Under the pieces are notes generated by a model. It was given only the letters and a program-made list of their open reading frames with translations. It was not told the origin of the DNA and searched no databases. Of a stretch of DNA of 64,000 nucleotides, positions 21,208-30,157 are shown one piece after another. Within the stretch, counting starts at the first letter, position 1. The number at the start of each line of letters is the position of its first letter. This DNA comes from an uncultured Clostridia bacterium (lineage in GTDB: Bacteria; Bacillota; Limnochordia; DTU080; RSA5). The translations under genes and the position numbers were made by a program. Location: positions 17,727 to 81,726 of the forward strand of contig CAYRIY010000003.1 of NCBI GenBank assembly GCA_964424335.1. Reading direction: 5' to 3'.

Positions 21208-21710
21208 AGGCGATCGGAGCCGCTTTGGTCGTCGCCGGAGCGGCTTTGCTCGGGCATTTGGCCGCAAGCGAGCGGGAGCGGCGGGTCCGGGAGCTGGATG
21301 GCCTGCTTTACGGCCTCAATCTTCTTGAAACAGAGGTGGTATATGGTCTAACCATGCTCCCAATCGCACTCGAACGAGCGGCCCAAGGAGGATCGGGCGC
21401 AGGCGCTCTGTTTTCGACAGCGGCGCGAGAGCTGCGCAAGGGGAGCGGCGCGGCCAAGGCGTGGGTCGCCGGAATACGCGCGCTCGAGCGCCGCTCGGCT
21501 CTGAAGGAAGGAGACATGATGCCGCTTCTTTACTTGGGTGGAACGATCGGCCTCTCATCGGCGCAAGATCAAAGCCGCCACCTGCAACTGGCGCGGCGTC
21601 AGATCGAGGCGCGCCTCGAAGCGGAGCGAAGGCGCTTGCCTCAGGTCGCTCGGCTCGTCAGGGCGCTCGGCCTTTGCGGCGGCCTCGCAGCCGCACTCAT
21701 GCTTGTTTGA
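21204..21710 (+). CDS. spoIIIAB: stage III sporulation protein AB
   Basis: Position and size; overlapping start ATGA; membrane/GspF-like. Confidence 0.75.
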   Translation: MKAIGAALVVAGAALLGHLAASERERRVRELDGLLYGLNLLETEVVYGLTMLPIALERAAQGGSGAGALFSTAARELRKGSGAAKAWVAGIRALERRSALKEGDMMPLLYLGGTIGLSSAQDQSRHLQLARRQIEARLEAERRRLPQVARLVRALGLCGGLAAALMLV

Positions 21711-21785
21711 ATTGTGAGGTAATGAAGATGTACGCCCGGAAAGGCCGGAAAAATCGCGTTGACTCGCTATAGGAGGCTGGCGCCC

Positions 21786-21986
21786 TTGGACATCAGCATG
21801 GTTTACCGCATCGCAGGCCTTGGGATCATCATTGCCATCCTGAACATCGTCCTTGCACAAGCAGGCCGTCAGGAGCAGGCGCAGATGCTCAGCCTTGCCG
21901 GCGTGATCATCGTGTTGGTTTGGATCGTTCAGATGATCAGCAACTTGTTTGCAAACGTGGAGACGGTCTTTCAACTTTGGCACTGA
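21786..21986 (+). CDS. spoIIIAC: stage III sporulation protein AC
   Basis: ~66-aa double-TM protein (YRIAGLGIIIAILNIVL...) like SpoIIIAC; TTG 11 nt after GGAGG. Confidence 0.75.
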   Translation: MDISMVYRIAGLGIIIAILNIVLAQAGRQEQAQMLSLAGVIIVLVWIVQMISNLFANVETVFQLWH

Positions 21987-22001
21987 TAGGGGCGAAGAGG
22001 C

Positions 22002-22394
22002 TTGACGGATGTGATGCGCGTCGTCGGGCTCGGAATCGTCGTAAGCGTCCTTCTTACCGTGATTCGAAAGGATATTCCGCCGATTGGCGCGCAAGTTGCG
22101 GCGGCGTTCGTCGTGACGGCGCTCTTGATGTTGATGGAGCCGTTGGCTGGGGTCGTACGAGCTTTTGCGGAGCTCGCCTCAGGCGCGGGGGTGCGCACCG
22201 TCTACCTCGCTTTAGTCCTGAAGGCGGTGGCAATCGCCTTTATCACGTCGGTCGGCGCGGAACTGAGCCGCGACGCCGGGGAAGCGGCGATTGGATCGGT
22301 TGTGGAGCTGACGGGCAAGGTGTTCATTTTGCTCCTTGCAGTTCCGGTGATCGCCGCAATCCTTGATGCCCTGGTGAGCCTGCTGCCGGGGTGA
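22002..22394 (+). CDS. spoIIIAD: stage III sporulation protein AD
   Basis: 130-aa polytopic membrane protein paralogous to AC; position. Confidence 0.8.
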   Translation: MTDVMRVVGLGIVVSVLLTVIRKDIPPIGAQVAAAFVVTALLMLMEPLAGVVRAFAELASGAGVRTVYLALVLKAVAIAFITSVGAELSRDAGEAAIGSVVELTGKVFILLLAVPVIAAILDALVSLLPG

Positions 22395-22441
22395 AGAGCT
22401 CGCTACCGGGGTGAAAATCGAAGAACGGAAGGGAGGGCTGT

Positions 22442-23677
22442 ATGTCCTTGGATACTCGACGGCGTGTGATCATCCGAGCCGCGGCTCGGGCCTTTCTCAT
22501 CGGAAGCGTCATTTTGGCGGTCGCCTTAGGCAGTCTGCCAGGAGCTCTGGCGCAGACCGGATTTGACCGTCTACACCAGTCCCAGACGCCCCTCACGCCC
22601 GAGGAGATCGTCTCAAGCCAGATCGAGCAGCTCTCCCTGGAAGACCTCGACTCCTTTGTCAGGGCGCTCGATCCGAACGTCCGCGAGGCGCTCCCGCCGC
22701 TTGATTTGAAGCGGATGATCTTTGAAGGGGAGGGTGTCGAGTGGGGAGCATTGGGCGCTCGCATCGCCCGCGTCTTTCTGGATGAGGTCTCACTCAACCT
22801 GAGCCTCCTTGGTCAACTCATCGTACTCGGGGTTTTTTGCGCCCTCCTAAAAACGATCGCGTCCAGCACCAGGAGTTCGGAAGTCGCGGGCGTGGCAGTC
22901 CTTGTCTCGCTCTTGGCATTGCTTTACCTTGCGCTTTCGGCCTTTCGTTCGGTGGTCGCCACGGCGTCGGACACCCTGGATCAAATGGTAGGCTTCATGC
23001 TCGCCCTCTTGCCGGTTCTGTCGACGATGTTGGCGGCAGTCGGCGCAGTCTCGACGGCGGCGATCTTTCACCCGCTCCTATATGCGACGGTCACCGGGAT
23101 CGCCGCGCTCGTGCAAAACGTGCTTTTTCCCCTGGTTTACATATCTGCGGCGCTTGCCGTGATCGGCAGTTTGTCCAAAGAGTTTCCAGTAAAGCAGTTT
23201 TCAGGCCTCTTGCGCTCGGGCACGGTGCTCATTCTGGGATTCGCCTTCGTCGCGTTCTTTGCGGTCGTACAAGCCCGAGGCGCGATCGCGCCGATCGCGG
23301 ACGGCCTTGCGATGCGTACGGCCAAGTTGCTCACGGGCGCGTTTATTCCGGTGGTCGGTGGTCGCATCGCCGACGCGCTCGACGTGATCGTCGGCGGCTC
23401 CGTCTTGATCAAAAATGCGATCGGTGTATTTGGGATGGGCGCCATCGTCGTGATCACGGCGTTTCCGATCGCCAAGATTTTCTCGATTTTGACCATTTTC
23501 CGCCTTGCAACGGCTTTGGTCGAACCGATCGCAGACGAGCGGCTCGTGCAGGCGATGGCGGGCCTCTCGGGTAGTCTGACGTTGCTCCTTGCAGGCATGA
23601 TCACTGCGGCGCTCATGTTTTTCGTCGGGATCACCGTCGTCGTGGGGGTAGGGAACGCGACGGCGTTCATTCGCTAA
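22442..23677 (+). CDS. spoIIIAE: stage III sporulation protein AE
   Basis: 411-aa multi-TM protein with signal sequence; position. Confidence 0.85.
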   Translation: MSLDTRRRVIIRAAARAFLIGSVILAVALGSLPGALAQTGFDRLHQSQTPLTPEEIVSSQIEQLSLEDLDSFVRALDPNVREALPPLDLKRMIFEGEGVEWGALGARIARVFLDEVSLNLSLLGQLIVLGVFCALLKTIASSTRSSEVAGVAVLVSLLALLYLALSAFRSVVATASDTLDQMVGFMLALLPVLSTMLAAVGAVSTAAIFHPLLYATVTGIAALVQNVLFPLVYISAALAVIGSLSKEFPVKQFSGLLRSGTVLILGFAFVAFFAVVQARGAIAPIADGLAMRTAKLLTGAFIPVVGGRIADALDVIVGGSVLIKNAIGVFGMGAIVVITAFPIAKIFSILTIFRLATALVEPIADERLVQAMAGLSGSLTLLLAGMITAALMFFVGITVVVGVGNATAFIR

Positions 23678-23722
23678 ATCCTCGCACGGGCCACGTGCGT
23701 TGGATGGAGGTCAAGATGGGCA

Positions 23723-24244
23723 GTGGGAGCCTTGGCGGACTGGATCGTGCAGCTCGGGTACTTGGTGCTGATTGCCGGCCTTGTCGAGCTGCTCCTACCG
23801 AGCAACTCGGCGCGGGGCGCCGTGCGGCTCGTGGTCGGACTCGTCGTCATCCTCGCGATCGTTGAGCCTGTCGTGCGGTGGATCGGCGATCCAGGCTCGA
23901 TCGACCGGCTGTCCCAAAGCGTCATGGTCGAGGACGGCTCACGCTACATCGAAGCCGGCGTTCGCCTCACCGAAGAGTCGGCCATAGGAGCCTCGGCGGC
24001 GTGGGCGCGCAACTTGGAGCGGCAGTTGGCGGCCGTGTCCGCGCTGGTCGCGGGCGTCCGCGATGTCTCGGTTGAGGTAAAGCTGGACGGCGCCGACGTG
24101 ACCGGCGTCGAGGTCAATCTCAAGACCGACGAAGGCGCCTGGGAACGGGGCTCTGCGAGCGTCCACAGGCTGATCGAGAGCTTTCTGCCCGGGATCGACA
24201 AGAGCGCGATCGTGATAAACGGATCGGTAGGTGAGCAAAGGTGA
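23723..24244 (+). CDS. spoIIIAF: stage III sporulation protein AF
   Basis: N-terminal double TM (WIVQLGYLVLIAGLVELLLPS) typical of SpoIIIAF; GTG start. Confidence 0.75.
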   Translation: MGALADWIVQLGYLVLIAGLVELLLPSNSARGAVRLVVGLVVILAIVEPVVRWIGDPGSIDRLSQSVMVEDGSRYIEAGVRLTEESAIGASAAWARNLERQLAAVSALVAGVRDVSVEVKLDGADVTGVEVNLKTDEGAWERGSASVHRLIESFLPGIDKSAIVINGSVGEQR

Positions 24245-24900
24245 ACCGTTGGTCGGACACATGGAAAGATTGGTGGAAGCGCTCGGGATTGTTTGGGGGG
24301 GCCCAGGCTGAGAAGGGTGAGGTCCCCGAGCCCCCCCAAGCAAACCCGAGCAGACTTCGGTACCTGGCCATTTTGATCTTGATCGGCGTAGGCCTCGTTC
24401 TGATCAGCAACCCAAGGGGAGCACCGGACGAGGAGCCCGCGGTCGGGTCGCCGGCATTCCCGACGAACGGCGGCATCGCCCCCGTGCAATCGAACTACGC
24501 CGGGTACGTCGATGAGCTGGAGCGGGAGGTTACGCTCGCCGTCACGCAGATCGCCGGAGTCGGCAACGTGGTGGTCTTGCTCGTGCCCGCGACCTCGGAG
24601 GTCAGCGTATTGGCAGAAGAGGTCACGGAGCGGGAGAGCGAGTCGACCGACGCCGGTGGAGAGGAGGGGAGTACGCGCTATGAGCGGAGCGTGACTCGCA
24701 GGCCGATCACCGTGACCGGAGATGACGGCAGACGGCAGGATCCTGTTTTACTCTATACCCAAAAGCCCGAGATCGCCGGCGCTCTCATCGTGGCGGACGG
24801 AGCGAGAGATCCTCGGATTCAATACCTCGTCGTGCGGGCGGTTTCGACCGTGCTCGGCATTCCTCCGCACAAAGTCGAGGTCGTGCCAAAGAAGTCGTAA
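24241..24900 (+). CDS. spoIIIAG: stage III sporulation protein AG
   Basis: N-terminal TM plus C-terminal YscJ/FliF-like ring-building domain; position. Confidence 0.8.
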   Translation: MNRWSDTWKDWWKRSGLFGGAQAEKGEVPEPPQANPSRLRYLAILILIGVGLVLISNPRGAPDEEPAVGSPAFPTNGGIAPVQSNYAGYVDELEREVTLAVTQIAGVGNVVVLLVPATSEVSVLAEEVTERESESTDAGGEEGSTRYERSVTRRPITVTGDDGRRQDPVLLYTQKPEIAGALIVADGARDPRIQYLVVRAVSTVLGIPPHKVEVVPKKS

Positions 24901-24933
24901 ATCAATCCAAGGCAGGTGGTGGAGGTGTTCATC

Positions 24934-25632
24934 GTGATTGGAAAATCGGTGTGGAAGCGTGGAATCCTCATCATCGGACTACTGACCGCGGCAGCCATCT
25001 TTTATGTCATGTCGCAGATCCAGGATCCGTCCCGAGAAAGCACGGGAACGCTTGTGTTCAGCAATCAGTTCATGCCCGGCATCGAACCTGAAAGCACGGC
25101 ACAGTCGGCGGCTTCCGATCCGATCCAAGCGCCGATCGAGTCCGCGGACGCAAGCAAGCTTGGGGACCTCGAGGCGATCGCGACGCTTGCTATGACGCCG
25201 TCGCCCGAACCGGGCTCCGATGCGCTTTCGGCCTCACTGCTGGTGGCAGCGGAGCCAGAGCCCTTCGCGAGCGTCGTACGCAGCCCGGGGTTTGACACGT
25301 ACCGCCTCATGCGTGAACAAAACAGGTCGCGGCAAATCGAAGCGATCCAAGGAATGCTGCAAGCCGATCGCTTGACCGATGGCGAGCGTCGCGAGCTTCA
25401 AAATCAGCTTCTCCAGATGCTTTCCATGCGTGAACTCGAGGAGCGAGCGGAAGGTCTCTTGGTCGCACGGGGCCTCTCCGACGTGATCGTGATGCTCGGG
25501 CGATCGGGCGCGGAGGTTGTCGTCGCAGACGCTTTGGAGCAGCAAGACGCGGCCCGCATCGGGGATGTCGTCGCTCGCCTTGCAGGCGTTCCACTCGACG
25601 CCATCACGATCGTCGACGGGGCGGGCCTATAG
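24934..25632 (+). CDS. spoIIIAH: stage III sporulation protein AH
   Basis: N-terminal TM plus YscJ-like domain; last gene of the cluster; GTG 8 nt after GGAGG (ORF opens at 24916). Confidence 0.8.
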   Translation: MIGKSVWKRGILIIGLLTAAAIFYVMSQIQDPSRESTGTLVFSNQFMPGIEPESTAQSAASDPIQAPIESADASKLGDLEAIATLAMTPSPEPGSDALSASLLVAAEPEPFASVVRSPGFDTYRLMREQNRSRQIEAIQGMLQADRLTDGERRELQNQLLQMLSMRELEERAEGLLVARGLSDVIVMLGRSGAEVVVADALEQQDAARIGDVVARLAGVPLDAITIVDGAGL

Positions 25633-25710
25633 GTCAAGGGCGCGTTCATTGCTTATATGAGGCGGCCATGACCCGAAAAAATCGATCTTCGATCTTGGGA
25701 TCGAAATCCC

Positions 25711-25768
25711 ACCTTGCGCGAGCATCCCTCGGGCGTTTGTGCCGGCCCGAGGGATGCTCGCGCAAGGT
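25711..25768 (+). other. perfect 24-bp inverted repeat (hairpin, 10-nt loop) between spoIIIAH and accB
   Basis: ACCTTGCGCGAGCATCCCTCGGGC - GTTTGTGCCG - GCCCGAGGGATGCTCGCGCAAGGT; no U-tract follows. Confidence 0.9.
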
Positions 25769-25886
25769 TCGCTTGGTGGGTGCCCGGCCCGTTGAATGGG
25801 AAGGAATAACTTACGTCAACACGAACCAGATTACGATACGATTCACGCATCGGCGCGAACGTTTGCCGCCGAAAGGGGAACGCTTC

Positions 25887-26357
<471 letters not shown>

Positions 26358-26545
26358 TCTTATCGTCCCCGTGCCTAAGCGCACAAACGTCTATTTGACG
26401 CTCCCAGTCGTCTTCATGCGGTCATAGAGGAATGTCTTTGTGAGCGCCCGATCTTTTCGGCACGGCCGAGCCGCAAGGCGGACGAAAGGCCAAGCGGGCC
26501 GGCGTCTCTAGCCCTATTTGGGCATGAGGTGGGCCGCATGACAGG

Positions 26546-26668
26546 CGGATTCTCTAAGGAGTCACTCAGCTCGCGGCCCGACTTTGTCGGGCCGGCCAAG
26601 CCACGATCGGATGAAAATCCGCGGGGCGTCAAGTGGGGACGGCAGCCAATCGGATTTTTAAGAGGAGG
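26546..26668 (+). promoter_or_regulatory. copy A of a 123-nt paralogous leader element ending in the accC SD
   Basis: Aligns position-for-position without gaps to 47649..47771 (~82% identity); contains a CGGAU-GAAA-AUCCG hairpin, an internal direct repeat CGGATTYTNTAAGRR at both ends, and AAGAGGAGG at the 3' end. Confidence 0.7.
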
Positions 26669-26675
26669 ACTGTCG

Positions 26676-28019
26676 TTGTTTGAAAAGGTGCTGATCGCCA
26701 ATAGGGGCGAAATCGCTCTGCGCGTGATCCGGGCATGCAGAGAACTCGGCATCGAGTCGGTTGCGATTTACTCGGAGGCTGACCGAGATTCACTCCATGT
26801 CATGGCCGCAGATGAAGCGATCTGCGTCGGACCGGGCCCGTCGAGCGGTTCCTACCTCAACATTCCAAACATCATAAGCGCGGCGGTCTTGTCCGGGGCG
26901 GACGCAATACATCCCGGTTATGGGTACCTTTCGGAGCGGGCGCACTTCGCGGAGATTTGCGAAACACACGGCATCAAGTTTATCGGCCCCTCGGTCTTTG
27001 CGATCGAGCAGATGGGAGACAAGGTGACGGCAAAGCGGACCATGGCTCAAGCAGGGGTCCCCGTCATGCCTGGCAGCCTTGAGCCGGTGGAGTCGGACGA
27101 TGAGGCGATCGCGCTTGCCGACGAAATCGGTTATCCTGTCATCGTCAAGGCATCCGCCGGCGGAGGCGGACGAGGCATGAGGCTGGCGAGAAGCCGGACC
27201 GAGCTCGAGAGGGTGCTGGGACCGGCTCGGACCGAGGCAGGCGCGGCGTTTGGCAGCGATGCGGTCTACATCGAGAAGTATCTCGAAGAGCCCCGTCATG
27301 TCGAGATTCAGATCTTGGCCGACGAACATGGCAACATCGTCCACCTCGGCGAGCGCGAGTGTTCGATCCAACGACGCCACCAGAAGCTGATCGAGGAGGC
27401 CCCGTCGCCGATCGTGGACAGCGCTTTGCGAGACGCGATGGGCAAGGCCGCCGTGCTTGCGGCTCAGGCGGTGGGGTACGCGAACGCGGGGACCGTGGAG
27501 TTTCTCGTTGATCGTGAGAAGAATTTTTACTTCCTCGAGATGAATACGAGAATCCAGGTCGAGCACCCCGTCACGGAGTGGGTGACAGGCGTCGATCTCG
27601 TCAAAGAGCAAATGCGCGTCGCATCAGGGGCCAAGCTGTCGATGAGGCAAAAGGACATTCGATTGCGAGGGCATGCGATCGAGTGTAGGATCAACGCGGA
27701 AGATCCGGAGCGTGGCTTCATGCCCTCGCCGGGGACCGTACGATTTTATCACGCTCCCGGTGGGATCGGCGTGCGTGTCGACAGCGCCTTGTACACGGGC
27801 TGCGTGGTGCCGCCTTACTACGATTCCATGCTGGCCAAGCTGATCGTCCATGCAGAGGACAGACAGTCCGCGATCGAAAAGGCTTTGGCCGCGCTTGACG
27901 AATTTCGCATCGATGGCATCAATACAAATGTCGCCTACCTCAAGGAGATCCTCGATCACCCGAAGTTTCGCGAGGGCGAGCTCTCCACCAACTTCATCGA
28001 TCGCCACATGGCTCGGTAG
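26676..28019 (+). CDS. accC: acetyl-CoA carboxylase biotin carboxylase subunit
   Basis: MFEKVLIANRGEIALRVIRACRELGIE N-terminus, ATP-grasp motifs; TTG 6 nt after GAGGAGG; unusually separated from accB by 318 nt. Confidence 0.9.
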   Translation: MFEKVLIANRGEIALRVIRACRELGIESVAIYSEADRDSLHVMAADEAICVGPGPSSGSYLNIPNIISAAVLSGADAIHPGYGYLSERAHFAEICETHGIKFIGPSVFAIEQMGDKVTAKRTMAQAGVPVMPGSLEPVESDDEAIALADEIGYPVIVKASAGGGGRGMRLARSRTELERVLGPARTEAGAAFGSDAVYIEKYLEEPRHVEIQILADEHGNIVHLGERECSIQRRHQKLIEEAPSPIVDSALRDAMGKAAVLAAQAVGYANAGTVEFLVDREKNFYFLEMNTRIQVEHPVTEWVTGVDLVKEQMRVASGAKLSMRQKDIRLRGHAIECRINAEDPERGFMPSPGTVRFYHAPGGIGVRVDSALYTGCVVPPYYDSMLAKLIVHAEDRQSAIEKALAALDEFRIDGINTNVAYLKEILDHPKFREGELSTNFIDRHMAR

Positions 28020-28067
28020 GCGTGATGAAAGACCAAACACTCGGCTGACTCGAAAGGAAGATCGAAC

Positions 28068-28454
28068 GTGGCAGAAAAGAAGGAGCGAACCGAGCTTGGC
28101 GACATCCGGATCGCAAACGAAGTCGTCGGTGTGATCGCGGGCCTCGCCGCGACCGATGTCGACGGTGTCGCCGGCATGAGCGGAGGCATTGCGGGAGGGA
28201 TTGCGGAGCTCCTTGGCCGCAAAAACCTATCGAAGGGCGTCAAGGTCGAAGTGGGCGAGGAACAGGCGGCCGTCGACCTGTTCGTCGTGGTGGAATACGG
28301 CGTTCGGATTCCCGATATCGCCTGGCACATTCAGGAGAACGTAAAGCGAGCGATCGAGACGATGACGGGTCTTGAGGTCGTGGAAGTGAACGTGCACATC
28401 CAGGGCGTTCATTTCCCAAGTGAAGAACGGTATGAGGATACCCGCGTCAAATAG
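28068..28454 (+). CDS. Asp23/Gls24 family alkaline-shock protein (YqhY-like)
   Basis: DUF322/Asp23 signature (IANEVVGVIAGLAA..VDGV); follows accC as yqhY does in Bacillus. Confidence 0.85.
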   Translation: MAEKKERTELGDIRIANEVVGVIAGLAATDVDGVAGMSGGIAGGIAELLGRKNLSKGVKVEVGEEQAAVDLFVVVEYGVRIPDIAWHIQENVKRAIETMTGLEVVEVNVHIQGVHFPSEERYEDTRVK

Positions 28455-28512
28455 TGACGAAATGAAGCGACGGTGACCGAGCAGGTTTGATTTCGCGGCG
28501 CCCGGGGAGACG

Positions 28513-29073
28513 ATGCGCATGCCGAGGGATTCACAACAACTGAGAATGGTCGATCGCACTGTCCTAACGCTTGCTGCGATCTTTCTCATCCTCTTGTCCG
28601 GGCTCGTCCTGGCCCACGGACTCGGTTGGCAAGGGGCAGGGAGCCTTTTCAACGTCGTGTCCCAACTAGAGGGGCGTTTGCTCGAATCGGTCCTCACCGC
28701 GGTCGTCCTACTCCTCGTCGGCCTTCACATATTGTTCTACGGAACGCAGCACGAAGACGAAGGCGGCATTCGCCAGGAGACCGAGATCGGTCATGTTCAG
28801 ATCTCCCTAAGGGCGATCGAATCGCTCGTCCAGCGGACGGCGAAGGGCGTTCGCGGCATCCGTGACGTCGATGTAAGGGTTCACTCAAGTCCCGAAGGGG
28901 TCGCGGTCGCGCTCTCGGTGGTCGCGGTCCCTGAGATCCCGATTCCGCAAATATCGGAGGAAGTCGGTCACAAAGTCCGCTCACAGGTGCGGGAGTCGCT
29001 CGGCATCCCCGTCGACGACGTGGCGATCGAGATCAGGAACATCGCAGGCGAAGCCAAAGGCCGAGTCGAGTAA
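28513..29073 (+). CDS. Asp23-associated membrane anchor protein (AmaP-like)
   Basis: N-terminal TM helices plus Asp23-like C-terminal half; operon position. Confidence 0.6.
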   Translation: MRMPRDSQQLRMVDRTVLTLAAIFLILLSGLVLAHGLGWQGAGSLFNVVSQLEGRLLESVLTAVVLLLVGLHILFYGTQHEDEGGIRQETEIGHVQISLRAIESLVQRTAKGVRGIRDVDVRVHSSPEGVAVALSVVAVPEIPIPQISEEVGHKVRSQVRESLGIPVDDVAIEIRNIAGEAKGRVE

Positions 29074-29126
29074 GCGTCAAGCTATTGGTCCGGGAGATTC
29101 GGGAACGATAGGGGAGGGAAAAGATC

Positions 29127-29345
29127 ATGAACGGCCTCTTGTCCGAGTTTTTGGAGTGGCTCTTTCGGCATCGCGGCAAGGTGGTCGGGACCCTCGTCGG
29201 CCTGCTCCTAGGGTGGATGATCGTGGCCTATGGCGTGTTCAAGACGCTTTTTATCGCCGCTTGTCTCATTGGGGGATACATTGTGGGCACGTGGCTCGAC
29301 GAGGGCCCACCGGGTCGCAGAGGCTTTTCACGTCGCCGTAGGTAA
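29127..29345 (+). CDS. DUF2273 small integral membrane protein
   Basis: 72 aa, two TM segments; typical third gene of Asp23 loci. Confidence 0.6.
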   Translation: MNGLLSEFLEWLFRHRGKVVGTLVGLLLGWMIVAYGVFKTLFIAACLIGGYIVGTWLDEGPPGRRGFSRRRR

Positions 29346-29445
29346 GCCGAGTGTGCCCTGATACTCAAAACGCTTTAAGCGAGCGTCTGATACAAATTCG
29401 ATCGATTCTTGCGATCGATCGCTTGAGAGTAGGTCCGATTCTGTC

Positions 29446-29853
29446 GTGAGCAGAAGGTTCGCCCGTGAAGTTGCAGTACGAACACTCTTCCAGGTCGATG
29501 TGGGCCGGGCGAATGTCGACCGGGCTTTTCAATACAGCCTCGAAGGGTACGATCTCGAAGCGAAGGATGTAGCGTTTGCCCGCTCGCTCGTCGACGGCGT
29601 GCTCGCCAATTTGAGCGAGATTGACCGCACGATTGCCCGCTCGGCCGATCACTGGTCGATCGACCGCATGGCCAAGACGGACCGAAACATCCTTAGAATT
29701 GCGGTATACGAAATCCTATTCGGCGATGATGTCCCCTCAAGTGTTGCCGTGAACGAGGCGGTAGAACTGGCCAAGACGTACGGCGACGCAGACTCCGGAA
29801 AGTTTGTCAACGGCATCCTTGGGTTTGTTCTACGTGGCGCTTCCCAGACATAG
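29446..29853 (+). CDS. nusB: transcription antitermination factor NusB
   Basis: ARE.AV..LFQ...G and KFVNGIL motifs; GTG start. Confidence 0.9.
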   Translation: MSRRFAREVAVRTLFQVDVGRANVDRAFQYSLEGYDLEAKDVAFARSLVDGVLANLSEIDRTIARSADHWSIDRMAKTDRNILRIAVYEILFGDDVPSSVAVNEAVELAKTYGDADSGKFVNGILGFVLRGASQT

Positions 29854-29918
29854 TGATAGGCTACAGCCGTAAATCGCGGCAGTAGCCTCATCAACTCATG
29901 TGAAGGGAAGTTGGGAAC

Positions 29919-30077
29919 ATGTGGATCAAACTGGCCATCGGCGCGATCGTCGGACTCGTCCTCGGCTACTTCTTGGCGCCCGGATATGCGCTCTGGGTGG
30001 TCGTGGGCATCGTCGCAGGGTACTTGGTCGAGCTTTTTACTCAGCGTCGCAAGTCCAAGCAGAAGGTGCAAGGGTGA
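29919..30077 (+). CDS. 53-aa double-TM small protein (below the ORF-track cutoff)
   Basis: ATG after AAGGGAAG; translation MWIKLAIGAIVGLVLGYFLAPGYALWVVVGIVAGYLVELFTQRRKSKQKVQG*. Confidence 0.45.
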   Translation: MWIKLAIGAIVGLVLGYFLAPGYALWVVVGIVAGYLVELFTQRRKSKQKVQG

Positions 30078-30157
30078 TCCCGTAGAAAAGGGATGGCCCC
30101 GACCCCCGCCGAATGCAGATTTACCAGCTCGTGTTGAATGTCAAAGGCGGGAGTCGC

